Assembly: GCF_036321535.1 (NCBI RefSeq)
Contig: NC_087436.1
Span: 33,296,001-33,360,000 of the forward strand
Reading direction: 5' to 3'
Source of the DNA: Camelus dromedarius
Taxonomy: Eukaryota
DNA length: 64,000 nt
Part shown: piece after piece, positions 51,698 to 64,000 of the stretch
Layout of the letters: every line of letters starts with the position of its first letter
How positions within the stretch are numbered: the first letter of the stretch is position 1
Notes under the pieces: generated by a model
The model's input: only the letters and a program-made list of their open reading frames with translations
Databases searched by the model: none
What the model was told of the DNA's origin: nothing
Translations under genes and position numbers: made by a program

Positions 51698-54124
51698 TTG
51701 ACCAATCAGCTCCAAAACTAGTATTTAAGTTTTGATTGGCTTTGTTAGAATTCACATAATTGTCTCACTGAGACTATAGAAGAGTACCCATCAACTCAGT
51801 AGATCTCATGTCTTTCTAAAAATGTTGCATAAACTTATGATATAAATTTTAATTGTAAAATTAATTTTAATTGTAAAATACCATTATTAAAATTTCTCTG
51901 GAGGCCTGGAAAGACCCTAACTACAGGAATAGATTGCCATATGTGTTAAAACATCCTTGCTAGAAATTAAGCATGTGTGAATCTAAGACAAGAGAAGTAT
52001 AATCAGCCCATGAAGAAATGTTATGCATAATAGCAAAGACAATAATGAATAATGTATATGTTGTTATTTAAATAATTACTGGCATCTGAGTTTCTCGTAT
52101 GTGCCTGGTTCACAAGGGAAAGATGCTGTAAAAGCCATAAGATTAATATAAAGTAAAATTTTATTATTCAGATAATTGATTCTTTTAAAGACTCATTTTA
52201 GTCAGTGATAAAGCATGATATGGAACCACTCCAAAGACATGAAGGGATTCTTGACATCTTCAACAAAAAATAAGATCGCCTGAACATTTACCTTTAATGT
52301 GGTTTCTTTTCAGTTTCTTTTTTCAGTTAACTGTTATGTGTAATACTACGTCCCCTAAACGATGTAGAAATTCCATTCTCTTGAGACCATAATGTTCCTG
52401 TTACACAGCTGACTCCTTTTTGACCTTGAATTTGCCTGTGAAATCCCAACAGCCATTTTCGTTTGTTTCTGACTGATCTAGCTGAACAGAATTATATCCA
52501 ATAGTGAATGAACTGAAGATCCCTTTGTAATTTTCAGAGCATGCCTGAACACAAAACTGGACAAAAACTAAAATGCTAACTTATAGTTTCGAAATAGTTT
52601 TCTGGCATGCTTAGCTTTCTGTTATGTCTGAGAACCTGGTCAGAGTTTGGGAGCTTGCTTTTCTCCAGTGCTTGTCTTTGTGTGCTCACCATTTAATCAG
52701 CTGATTGGTAAACATCAGTCCTTATGTGCATTTGTAAGTTCTGGCAGAATGTGTTCTTTTTAAACTTCAAAGTCTTGCCATTACTGTCAGCATAATGCAT
52801 TGGTTCCTTGATGGCTTATTTCTAACTCCTCAGCCTCACCCCAAGCCAACACACACTTTTTGTAATTGTCATTATATACGTTCAATCCTGTCATGCATGT
52901 TCGTTTATCCTTTGAGTGATAAGTACAATCCTTGCAATCATCCTGTTAACATAGAGCAGTAATAAAGTTATAAAACATATAAAGCATCTGCAGAGAAGAA
53001 TTTTCTATTTAAATATTAAGCTATGGATAACTTTGGTGATTTACATTGTGCTTTTCTCTACCACATTTTTGCTTCCCTTCCTACTATTATATGATAGAAA
53101 TGCTTTGCTAAAAAATAATTTTATGATGATATTACCCCAGTAATTGTACAGCTGACAAATTACATACTGCCTTGAGAAGTACCTAAATGGGTGAGGGAAA
53201 GTGCTGTGAATTTGAGAAGCAGGAGTCATAACATTGGTTTGAATCCTGGTTCCAACATTTACCAGTGCCCACATCATGTGTCTTAAGGCTAAAAAGAGAT
53301 AATCAACTCATACCAATCATAGCAAATACTCCAAATTTTTGTGTATCACCCCCACTCCTTTATTCACCTAAGTATGGAGTAAAGCCAGATCTCAATAGAC
53401 AGCTGGAATTTAAAATTTGCATTTGAATACCTTTAGTAAATATTAATGAAATGGAGTCCAAGTAAACAATAGAACAAAAGCAAAACAACAAAGCAAAACC
53501 AAAGACTGCCTGTCTCTTTCCCTCAGATAATGTATTCATTATTGACACAAATGCAAACCATTGTATATATTGCTTTTAGAAACATACATCTAAACATTTT
53601 GTTTCTGTATTGAGCAAGGTAAAGAAATGAAAAGTTGCTGGTTAATAGATCTCAATATGTATGACAAGAGGACGTAAAATTATGCGCACAAGCCCTACCG
53701 TGATGATAGAACCGTTGTGCCAGCATTGGTGCTTGACACCTTCTTATTGAGAAGGTCAGTTCCTAGGAGAAAAAAATAACCTTTTATATTTCCTGCTCAA
53801 GATTGGACTTGGAAAAAATACTGAAATGTACAGAGAAGGAAAACAAGTAGATGTACATTATCTTTACTTGTTAATGTATGGGAAATCTGGATGAATATCT
53901 TAAGTAATATGTTGGATGTCTCTCTCTTTTTTTTCTTTTTACCAAGACTCATTTTGGAAGAAATTAAACCTCAATTGGAAAATGACTAAAAATAATACAT
54001 TAAATATTTTAAAATTATTAACGATAAAAAATAGGTGAATGATTTAATAGCGGCAAAGAGGGATTAAACAAAAGAAAAATCATGAAGTCAGGAGTGAGAC
54101 ATGAGGGTGGCTAGCACCATCCAA

Positions 54125-54473
54125 AAATAGTTTTGGTTTTTCACAGGGCACATGATAGGATTGTACTTTCATACCTTCTTGAAATTAGGTATGGGCACAT
54201 GAATTAATTTGTTCAGTGAAATATGAATACAGCTGACGTTTGTTATTTCTCAGAGAAAGCTTTAAGAGCTACCAAGTATTTTTCCACTCAATCTTTCTCT
54301 CTGTCATGGTGATCAGCAACATTGAGATGCTGAAACTCCTATCACTCTATTTCCAAAACGATGTCCGGTTATAGATGCAGCATGAGTAGAAAATACACTT
54401 TTGCTGTTGTAAGCCACAGTGATTTGGGATTGTCTGTTACCATAGCAAAGTCTAGCCTAACTTGACTAATACA
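54125..54473 (+). mobile_element. MaLR LTR (MLT1I/J-like)
   Basis: Ends gctgttgtaagccacagtgatttgggattgtctgttaccatagcaaagtctagcctaacttgactaataca. Confidence 0.75.
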
Positions 54474-56394
54474 TAGGGTTGTATACAAAACCCATGGTGG
54501 GAAATCCTCAATGACTAAATAGAGATGGGTTAAAACAAATTGTGTTTTCTATCCCACTTATCACCAGCAATTGGCTCCTTGTGGCTGTGTGAGTGATAAG
54601 TGATCCAGTTCGACAATCCCATCCTTAGGATCTGATTCTTAGAACCACTTGTGGTAATAATTGTGGCAGGCTTGGTTCCCCTAGAAGCTGGCCGTGAGAT
54701 AAGAGTTTGAATGAAAATAGTTCATTTGGTAATTTGTACCAAAAGGCCCTGGAAGGGTTGGGGATATGCGACCGATTAGGGTTGAAATCCAATACAGGGT
54801 ACATTGAACAGGGTACTACTGTGAGTATTAAAGCATCCGCTGATCTGGGTCTTTCTGTTGAAAGTGTACTGAGTGCAACTTAAAATTGTTCCTCCTGAGG
54901 GTTGTGGAAGCTGGAATCTTCATCTACCAATTTCTTTCTATGATTGATTATTTACTCCTTGACACTCTGGCCTATGTGACAGCCAGAAAAGATAGATTGT
55001 CACTCACAGGTTCTTATAAAAGGCAGGTGAAGACTTAAAGAGTATATAGATTGATTGTAGATTGGATATGGGCAGTGTACCGTTAGTATATACTTCCAAT
55101 AATGCTTGTTTATCCCTAATATTCAGTTATCTCTAACTGAAACTCTTTGAAAAATTGTGTTGTAACTATGGCTTCGTGATTCTGGGGGATGTGTTTATGA
55201 GTGATTGGAAGGTGTAATAATTCTTCAGCCCTACATTCAAGGTATCTCACAATCTGGAATCAATCTATCAACCCCAAATTTTCTTTCATTATTTTGTATA
55301 TATTTTTTGTTGTAAATAACCATTTTTTAACAAAACCAGTTTCTTTATGGCTATTATTATCATAATTCCTTGCAATGAATAAAATCGCCTGCCCATATTT
55401 ATCAGCCTACCTAAAGTCCATTGATCTTTTTAAAGATCTTTCTCGAGTCCAACTTTCTCCACCAGGAATATTCAGACCCGTAGTTGATGTCTCTTATTTT
55501 CTAAAATTTGAATCATTTTTCTCAAATAGTCTCTCTATATATGTATAAATACAGGCATTTCTTATTATATAAAATTTAAGAATCTTTGTGCCAGGCCTTT
55601 GCACATGTTATTTAATACTAGTATAAGAATTGTTATTCTTGATCTGTCTTTCAAGGAAGGTTTGTCACCTCTTCAGACTTTCTTAATCCTAACCATCAAT
55701 CTAATATCATTTCCCCCGAAGAAAGTTATGTCTTCCTCTGTACCCATATCTCACTTTTGTATGTGCCTTTACCATAGTGATTCTCAGTGTATTTTGCTGC
55801 ATGTCTGTCTCATCATTGGACCATGAGTCCCTGAAGAGCAGTGAGAAGTTTTTCTTTATCTTCCATGTCCAGGTATAATCCTTAGAATATAGGCACTTGC
55901 AGGTTGTTTGAGTGCAGTTTTTAAATTGATAACGCCAGTATTTATTTTCCTCACTCTTAGAAGCTAGAAGTATCCAAAATGAATTCTTCTCTACTACCTG
56001 CCCTCTGCCTTAAAGTATGCATGCCTTCGTCTTTTTATCCTCACTGTTCACGCATTAAGGAAGAAGAATTCACATGATTCAAGGGAAAATCTTTTATTTT
56101 ACTGTAGATTCTGTTCCTTCCTGTCAACTCTAGATTTTTGCCACACCAGAAATATGGTGTCTTTTATACATAAACTATTTTTCTCTTTTCAGTAGATTCC
56201 TTTATAGTCTTCCTTCCTCTAAACATTAAAAATGTGTTTATCTTTCATACACACTCATTTTATAGACAATGGGCCTTGCCTTCCTTTCAAAGTTCTTTCC
56301 AATCTTTTTGTCATTGAATGATCTAATATCATTGAATGATCATATTTTCTATATTCTTTCCATGTTCTCAATTCTCATTAGATTGTCACTATTC

Positions 56395-56562
56395 AATGTT
56401 ATATTTAAATTATTTAAAATTATGTGAAATTAAAAATTTAGTTTATCAGTCACACTAGACGTATATTAAGTGCCCAATAAATACATCTAGCTAGCAGCTA
56501 CTGTATTGGACAGTGAAAATATAGAGAATTTCCATCATGGAAAAGTCTGTTAGACAGAACTT
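56395..56562. mobile_element. MER3/MER33-like hAT-Charlie element
   Basis: aaattaaaaatttagtttatcagtcacactag...ctactgtattggacagtg...atttccatcatggaaaagtctgttagacag. Confidence 0.75.
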
Positions 56563-57839
56563 TATAAGACCAATTTTGAAGTGAGATCCCATGAATAAAA
56601 TATTTGTTTTTTTATGTGAAGTATGCGCTTATTATTGAATACAGAACTCACTGCTCTAGAATCAACAGTTCTTCAGAAATATTTTTCATGAATATGAAAA
56701 CAGAATATTCATATTACATGAAATTTATTTCAATGAAAAAAAATTTATCTGTAGAGTAATATATGTAGAAAATACATACAAAAGGTATGTTTCAGTAAAA
56801 CCCTATTGTAAAAATACTGAAAACCCCATTGTAAAAATTCTAAAGTTTATTTTTAATTATGTATTTTTGAACTCTCCACATTCAGATTTTAACACTAAAA
56901 AGGGACAATTACTTAAGCCAAGATTGAAATAAGTAAAGACAATGATAAAAAAATACGTGCATATGGAAGGCAAACTTAAGCAATAGAATTTTTTCGCAGA
57001 GTGTTTCTGGAATTCTTGATTATTTGGGAAAAAAAATCCGATGTCCTACATAAAGAATGGGACAGAATTTCTCTTGCCAGATGACATAGCTGTAGTAATG
57101 TTTTTAAATAAAAGAGGGCTTTATATTTCCTAAAGAGTGAATTATAATATTGGCAATATTTGCCATTTGAAAAATCTGCAGGTTATGATAATAAATTATG
57201 CACATTCTTCAGTTAAGTTTGACACTGCACCAGACACATGTATAATTGATGTTCATTCAGATTAAAACAAAATGTAAATATCAAACCTTAGTATACTGGG
57301 TATCCAGTTTCCTTGGACATAAAGTCCAAGTAAATGCCATTACTTTTAGATGTCCTTTAACAAAAGATTGCATTGTGTGGTATGGTCCAATCCTATTACT
57401 TGGTTTGCAGAAGCCAGTACTTCTAGTACTATCAAGAGACTACACAGGCCACATAGACACCAACATATTTGCTAATATTAGCAGTTGAGTAAGTGCATAA
57501 TTTGTTCCATTTAACCCAAATCTAATTAATATAATATTATATTAATAATTAATATTGGTCATCAACTTAATCATTTAAAATGTGCTACTTATGAAATAGA
57601 AGTGTTAGGTAGAATTTTGGTGGAATATCAATGAGAAGAAAGCAGAGGCTCTGCAAAGGGTAAAAACATTGTGACTTTAGTTGGAAGAAAGATCTCAAAT
57701 ATTTATTTCCTGAGAAAATCTTGTGGTTTTTAAAATACTCATGTTAGATGACTTGCTTTTACAAAGGGACTTTAAGTTCTAGAATAGGCTATTTCATTCC
57801 CCATCCCTTCACAATTCCCTCACATGATCTGGTGTGTAA

Positions 57840-58495
57840 AGGTATTTTGATTGAAAATACAAGATCGACTCAAGATAGCTTAAACACACCGACAAAGAAA
57901 TTTACTTTAAGGATGCACAGGTTCTGTTTGTAGTTTTTAAATGGAACTCAAAATGCAGAAGTGCAACTGGGTATAACTGACAGGAAGTGAAACCAGCAAC
58001 AGGAGCAAAAAACCCTTGTGGAACATAAAATGTACACCGTCTGACTCTCGTCTGTGCTTCTCTCTCTCACTGCTGCTTGATTTTCCCTCTGCAGGTGAGA
58101 TTTCTCTATTACTTGGATCACAGGGCAGAAAATGGCTGCCCCCCAATCCCATGTTTTCATGTCTCCACCGTTCAAGCGACAAGCCCATTAGATATTCTGC
58201 TTGAGCTTGCTGACTGTCTGATCCCCTGTGAGTGAGTCCCCAGTCCATGTTTTAGGACAGGAGGTAGTCTTGCAGGGGGTTGGCACTAATTATCCAGAGT
58301 GTGATAGAGTTTCATACTCATAGGGCTTTTCTTCATAGACTAGACCACCCTAAATGGTTATTACGCAGTTACAGCCTCCCTCTTATTTTACCACTAGAGG
58401 TATGGGAAAGGGACTTTTTAAGTGCCTAAGATTTTGGTCTGTAAGCACCTAATACACGTAAATGGGGGCCAGGGCACAAAAACACTCTGGTCCTA
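57840..58495 (-). mobile_element. Probable old LTR element
   Basis: GC-elevated block with LTR-like composition; family not assigned. Confidence 0.3.
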
Positions 58496-61477
58496 CAGCC
58501 ATTCTGAGATATACTTCTAATTTTTTTGTGCGTTCATCTGTGAAACTTGCCCAAAGACGGTAGAGTAGAGAAGAATGCTAATAGATTAAAGGAGAAGCTG
58601 GACCAATTCAATGTACAACTTCTACTAAAGATTTCTCGGAATTTGTTGTTCCAATGTTCAGTCTTACTTTATTCTTCCAAATATAGTGGCTTGAGTTATA
58701 TTTTGATTCCCCTGTTTTTTCTTTAGGCAAATGAAAAACTGCTAATCAGTGATTAAGTGACCTTAGCTGAATTCCAAGCAGCCATTTTTTAGGTCAGTAT
58801 GCAACAGCACATGGCAAGCCATACCAGGCGTCATTGGAGAACAGATCAGACCTCTTATTTGCTCATTAGCTTGGTACGACCTATTTTGAAACTGGGCAAA
58901 GACTGCTAGTCCAAGGTATTTTTAATTAAAATGTATTTCTGCAGTCCCCCTATCTATTTAATCTTCGCTTCTACCCTTTTACTACCTGAAAGTGGAGAAC
59001 AGACCATAAAATATTAAATATGAGAAAGCTGGGAAATATAACACAATAAATGCATGAAGGTAGAACCTCAAAATGTGTGGACATAAAGATTTTATTTCTT
59101 TACACGAGGTTTAAATGAAGAGTCTGTTGTATAAATCTTTAGTTTCAAAGTAGACTATCATTTTAAAGCAAGAATAATGGAATGCTTGACTATTAAGAAA
59201 AAAAAAATACCTCAAGAGTAATTCAGTAAAACCAAGATAAGGCTACATACACACAAGCTTGAAACTCCCCATTTCTTCCCCAAATCACGATGCAAGTGTC
59301 GTCAATATTTTCCAGAATTATGCAGAGTTTCTTGGTTTTGTGTAAAAAGTTAGCTTGAAGGGTATGAGCTGGTTAAATTAACATGTGTGCATGCACAAGT
59401 AATAAAATTATTTGAAAGATAGATGATAAATCTTATATAAACTTACTATGTTAGAGTAAATTTTGTGTGTTTATGCTTTATTATGTGCATTAAAACATAA
59501 TTTCAGTTTTATCTCATATAAGTCCAGTGTTTTATCTTCTATTTGTAAATGAGGAACCTGTGACTAGAAGAGAGAAAAATGACTTACAAGAAACCACACC
59601 AACAGTGAGAACGTCTCCAGACACCAGACTTATTTAACTTGATTAAACAATGCCACTATGTTTTAAATGACAAAGAAAACACTGCATTATTATCACTATA
59701 TTCATATCTGAAGGGACTTCTGTAGCAACTAAAGTCTTTTATGATCTTTCCATAAAACCTGTAGTGCTTCTAGTGATAGTGGTGGTGATGAGGAATCACA
59801 CTGGTAGGATGGGTACCAGAGAAGCACTGCATGATCATGTGCCACGTAAAATTCATGCTGGAACATGCAGAGAGCGAAAAAGAATCCAAGAAACCCCAAA
59901 CACCAAAACTGATGAACAAACGAAACAAATGTAGGCATATGTTAGAAAACTGACGCTAGATTTAACTGCATGCACTTGAATGGTAAACAGTCTTTCAAAG
60001 GGAAGACTTAGTAAGGTTCGGATTACAAAAGTATTTCACGAAATTCAGGTGAAATATATTTACAGAAATATATTAGCACCTACACAAATAATAATGATAG
60101 ATGAATGAGGAATTTGCAATAAGAAATAAATCCTCCCAAAGCTAGCTTTCCTCTTCTGCACAGTGTATATACAGTTAGGACAGTAAAGCATGGTTTTCTA
60201 CCAAATATATAGTAGAAAAGTGCACTTAAAATTAGATTTGGATTTTCCCTCTTATTATTAAGTCTACTGACTACACTAAAAAATAGAGGGTTAATTACAT
60301 CTTATAGTAACAGAAATCTCAACAGTTTCCCAGATAAAACTGTGTGACTGAAGAGACAGAAGTACTTAACTGCCAACTTGTGAAATCTAAGTATCTTATT
60401 TGTCAAATTGGAAACAAATATCTACTCACAGATGTGTGAATAAAGTAAGTTTTGTCGAATCATTTGAACTGCAAAGCACTATACAAATTGCAACTTATTT
60501 TTAGCTAACTGTGAAAAATATTAGAGACTAAGTTTTTCTAATGACCTCAGAAATATATCATTATAATCTCATGAATAACTATAATCCTTTATTCTGAGGC
60601 CACTAAGTGTTCTTGTTTTTGGTCTTAAAGAGGTTTGTGTGTGTGTGTTTTGCAATTGCCAGTCTAAAAATTCTGCAACAAATACAATTAAAATGAACAA
60701 ATATATGTCATGCTGTTTTCATAATTAGGTTAATTTTAAAATAATTTTCTATACCTCTTTAAATTTTTATTTTTTTTCATTTTAGTAAACTATTATAAAA
60801 CTACTGATGGAATTGCTGTTTCTGAAATATTAAACAGAAGCCTTTTAATGGTTCTTAAGCATTATTATTGTCTATACTGAATTCATTTATACGTCTATTT
60901 TACCTTTTAGCTTTTACTAAATTTATAAGGTTCATACATTTTCATCCAGAGTGGTCTTGAGTTTTCTTTAAAACATCATTTACACTCCATAGATAAAATG
61001 TAATCTTGAGCCTCTCACATATCGTTTTGTTGCTTACGGAAAACTAGAACTTTTGTTGAGGAAATTTGCTAGTTGTTAACAAAAGATACTAGTAGAAATC
61101 AGTATTAATTGCATTTACACTATACATTGATGCTCCAAAGCTCTGGTTTGATTCAAAACAACTCTTCATGTATTCTTTCATACTTTCTTTTAAATTCATA
61201 AGAGACTAGGTGATAGGTTTTTGCATGTCATAATACCTTTAAAATAATGTCAAGTCATTGAGATTAAAAGATACTGTATGGCAGATTGTGGTTTCAAAAT
61301 TCTAGGTAAAACAGTGAATGAATATTTGAACTCAGGGTCTAAATTTTACATTTGAGTCATTAAAAAAAAAAATCTCCCACAGTCATAGCAGGTGCTCAGT
61401 AAATGCTTGTGGACCAAAGTGGCTTGACAGACCATTACCAAGCTAAGTGTTAATTATAAACCATTATTAGATGGCCC

Positions 61478-61503
61478 CACTGTACTCCCCACTAGATGGC
61501 AGT
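61478..61503 (+). promoter_or_regulatory. Candidate CTCF binding site
   Basis: CCACTAGATGGCAG at 61489-61502 matches the core CCASYAGRKGGCRS consensus with no mismatch; cactgtactc sits where the upstream module would be. Confidence 0.6.
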
Positions 61504-62410
61504 CCTGTACAGAGATGTCTCCTTTGCAGTTTGCTTGGTGGAAAAATTGCATTTATGCCAAAATCTGTTTTGTTTTTTTTTTTCCCAACAACAAAAGCCT
61601 TAAAGTTCTAAAAATTAAAACCACTTTTATTCATTTTCTGTTTAATTTGTTTTGCAGTTTTTTGTTTTGATTTTAAATCAGTTTTGACAATTATAAAGTT
61701 ACAGTCCTGGGAAATAGTACATTTCTTGGGTTCGGCTCACTTGTATGAAATTATTGCGTGTGGGAACACTTCTAGGGATAGAGAAGGTGTGATATAAGCA
61801 AGCACTGAAAGAACTTTCCTCGTTTGTCACGAAATAGCTCTGTAGTGGGATTGTTCCACTTTAAAGGCGAGCACACCCGAGGTAGTACACAGAGCGTTGA
61901 GTGTGATGCTTGCAGTGAATGATAACCAGTATCCATGACTGAGGGAAGCACAGACAAGTGTGGCTGAACAGAACACTATAATTCACTTCTATTAGCCCGT
62001 AAATCTTGATAAAAAAAATTTTAATCCCAGTATGTGGCATTGTAGTTAAAGTCTACTATAGCTCAAGTTGAGGAGCCATTTATGGAGATAAGTAGGTTAT
62101 TTGTGCCCCATTTTTATTTTTCAAATTTAGTATTCTTAAAACAGTGAAATAAATATGAGAAAACAATTATAGGTTTTGAATAAGGTAGACATGTGGTACT
62201 CAAAAATTTAATATTAATGGTTAATATTTTATGCCTTCTGAAGGTTGTTAATAGAGGTAATTTATAAATTTACTCAAACTTAATTTTTTTTAAATTCAAA
62301 CCTACCTTTGGGTGGGAGAAATCAGGGGCTTGACGAGAAGTTCATCGTGGGCAAGTGATCCAGCTTGGCTGATTTGCCTCATGGCAGACAACGCAATTCT
62401 CTTGTTCTTT

Positions 62411-62620
62411 GTATTAGTTACGTATAGCTTTATAACAAATTACCCTAAAAATTAGCTGATTAACACATTAAACTTTGTTATCTGAAAATTTCTGTGGACT
62501 AGGGAAAGCATGGCCTCGCTGGCTACCTCTGTCTCAGGGTCTCTCATGAGGCTGCAGTCATCCCTGGGGCTGACGGCAGTCCTCGGTCCTTGTTGACTAC
62601 TGGCTGGAGACGTTCATGTG
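62411..62620 (-). mobile_element. MaLR LTR fragment (MLT1-type)
   Basis: tgtattagttacgtatagctttataacaaattaccctaaaa...tcagggtctctcatgaggctgcagtca. Confidence 0.7.
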
Positions 62621-63219
62621 AACTTATTCAGAATTTTCCATTGCTAATACTATAGCAGTCTTGAGCATAATAACTGATACTGTTAAAAAGAAAATAAGTT
62701 AGTCATGGAAACACTGGTAACTTTGATAAAACTAAATTTTATTTAATATCTATTAGTGTTCTCAACACACTGGATATTTATTTCACTTTACTCAGGGTCA
62801 TTTGTGAAGATTAAATGAGATCATTGATGATAGTCCCAACTCAAATAGGGAAAATGTTGCTTAGCGCCATGAAATGGCTTTATCTGAGGTCACTAGTTAA
62901 TGAGGATTAAAAATTTTCTGACTTAAACTTGAACTCTTCCATGGTTTTGCGAAAGTGCCAATAAATCCTTAACAAACTTACAATTCATACTTTACAAATG
63001 TAAATATGATATTAGTATTAAGTTTCTGTGAAAGTTCTATGCAAAATAAAATGATCTAAATGGAGTTAGAATGCATAAAAATTTAACTTGTGTCTCAAAA
63101 CTTGACAAATGTGATTTGTAACTTCAAGGATGTCTTCAGTCTTGCCTTTGTACATATATACCAAAAAATAGAATAAAGCATTGCTTTCGCCTATGGAAAT
63201 TTTAAATATATAGATTTAA

Positions 63220-64000
63220 ACTAGAATAGTGTAAGGCACCCCTATGTATCACCTAATACCCAACTTTAACAACTATCAGTATTATACCATTCTAGTTTTA
63301 TCTGCACCATCCCCCAGCCCACCCCAGCCACTTAATTATTATTCGTAGTTTTTAAGGTGACATGTATGTACATTGAAATGTAACACACAAATCTGTCAAG
63401 ATACAGATTTTTTTTTTTACCCTAGAAATTTTCTTCTTCTCCTTCCCCAGTCAGTACTGTCTCCCCTGCTATTCTAATCATTTCTCCCCCTAGATTATCT
63501 TTACTCATTCTAGCCCTTCATATAAAGGGAATCATACAGAATGTGCTCTTTTATATCTGGTTTCTTTCTCCCAGTATGTATTTCATCTGTGTCTTTTTTC
63601 CTCTTTAATGCAATTTACCCAAGTTTATTTATATATAATTGACACATAACATTGTGTAAGTTTAAGATGCACAATGTGATGATTTGATACACATATATAT
63701 TGCAAAACGTTTACCAGAAAAAGGCTAGTTAACACATTCATCACCTCACATAGTTACCGTTTTATGTTTTTTTTCTGATGAGGACTTTTACTATCTACTC
63801 CCTTAGCAGTTTTCAAGTTTACAATATAGTATTGTTACCTGAAGTTTGTTAACATCTGTATCATTTTTTTTTACATCATTGTAAAATGATATTTATTCCT
63901 TTCTATTGCCAAGTAGTACTCCACTATGTGAATACAGAACAATTTGTTCATCTATTTGTTTATATATTTTCTTACTGATAGGTTGTTTCCAGGTTTTGAC
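63220..64000 (-). mobile_element. Nested old L1 3' end fragments, running off the window
   Basis: ataaagggaatcatacag...; tataattgacacataacattgtgtaagtttaag...acacattcatcacctcacatagttac; aggttgtttccaggtttt. Confidence 0.75.

Noticed and set aside
1..64000. CRISPR arrays, operons, tRNA/rRNA genes or a novel multi-gene system
   Set aside because: The DNA is mammalian and repeat-rich; I saw no repeat-spacer array, structured RNA gene or intact long ORF.

Overview
AT-rich, repeat-dense mammalian genomic DNA, intronic or intergenic. No intact multi-exon gene can be assembled from it, and most ORFs in the supplied track are chance ORFs or transposon remnants. I saw no Alu, B1, SINEC, Bov-A2/tA, PRE-1 or CHR-2 SINEs. 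That, plus a Tigger1-type MITE and the style of the young L1 3' ends, suggests a non-ruminant cetartiodactyl such as a camelid (inference only). Best-supported features: a disabled, intronless ANAPC13 retrocopy (25110-25334); a class III (ERV-L-like) gag-pol remnant (~30.9-33.4 kb) carrying an inverted 131-bp copy of its own gag sequence; an MLT2 solo LTR with a clean CTGAG target-site duplication; a CpG-rich 291-bp ERV-like solo LTR dense in transcription-factor motifs (34662-34952); a GC/CpG-rich block (35.9-37.3 kb) containing a decayed C2H2 zinc-finger sequence; several L1, L2, MIR, MaLR and hAT relics; and a strong CTCF motif at 61.49 kb. Two plus-strand exon candidates (15433-15461, 48485-48570) may belong to an unidentified large host gene. 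Repeat subfamily names and boundaries come from recall of consensus sequences and are approximate. I found no convincing evidence of a new biological system.
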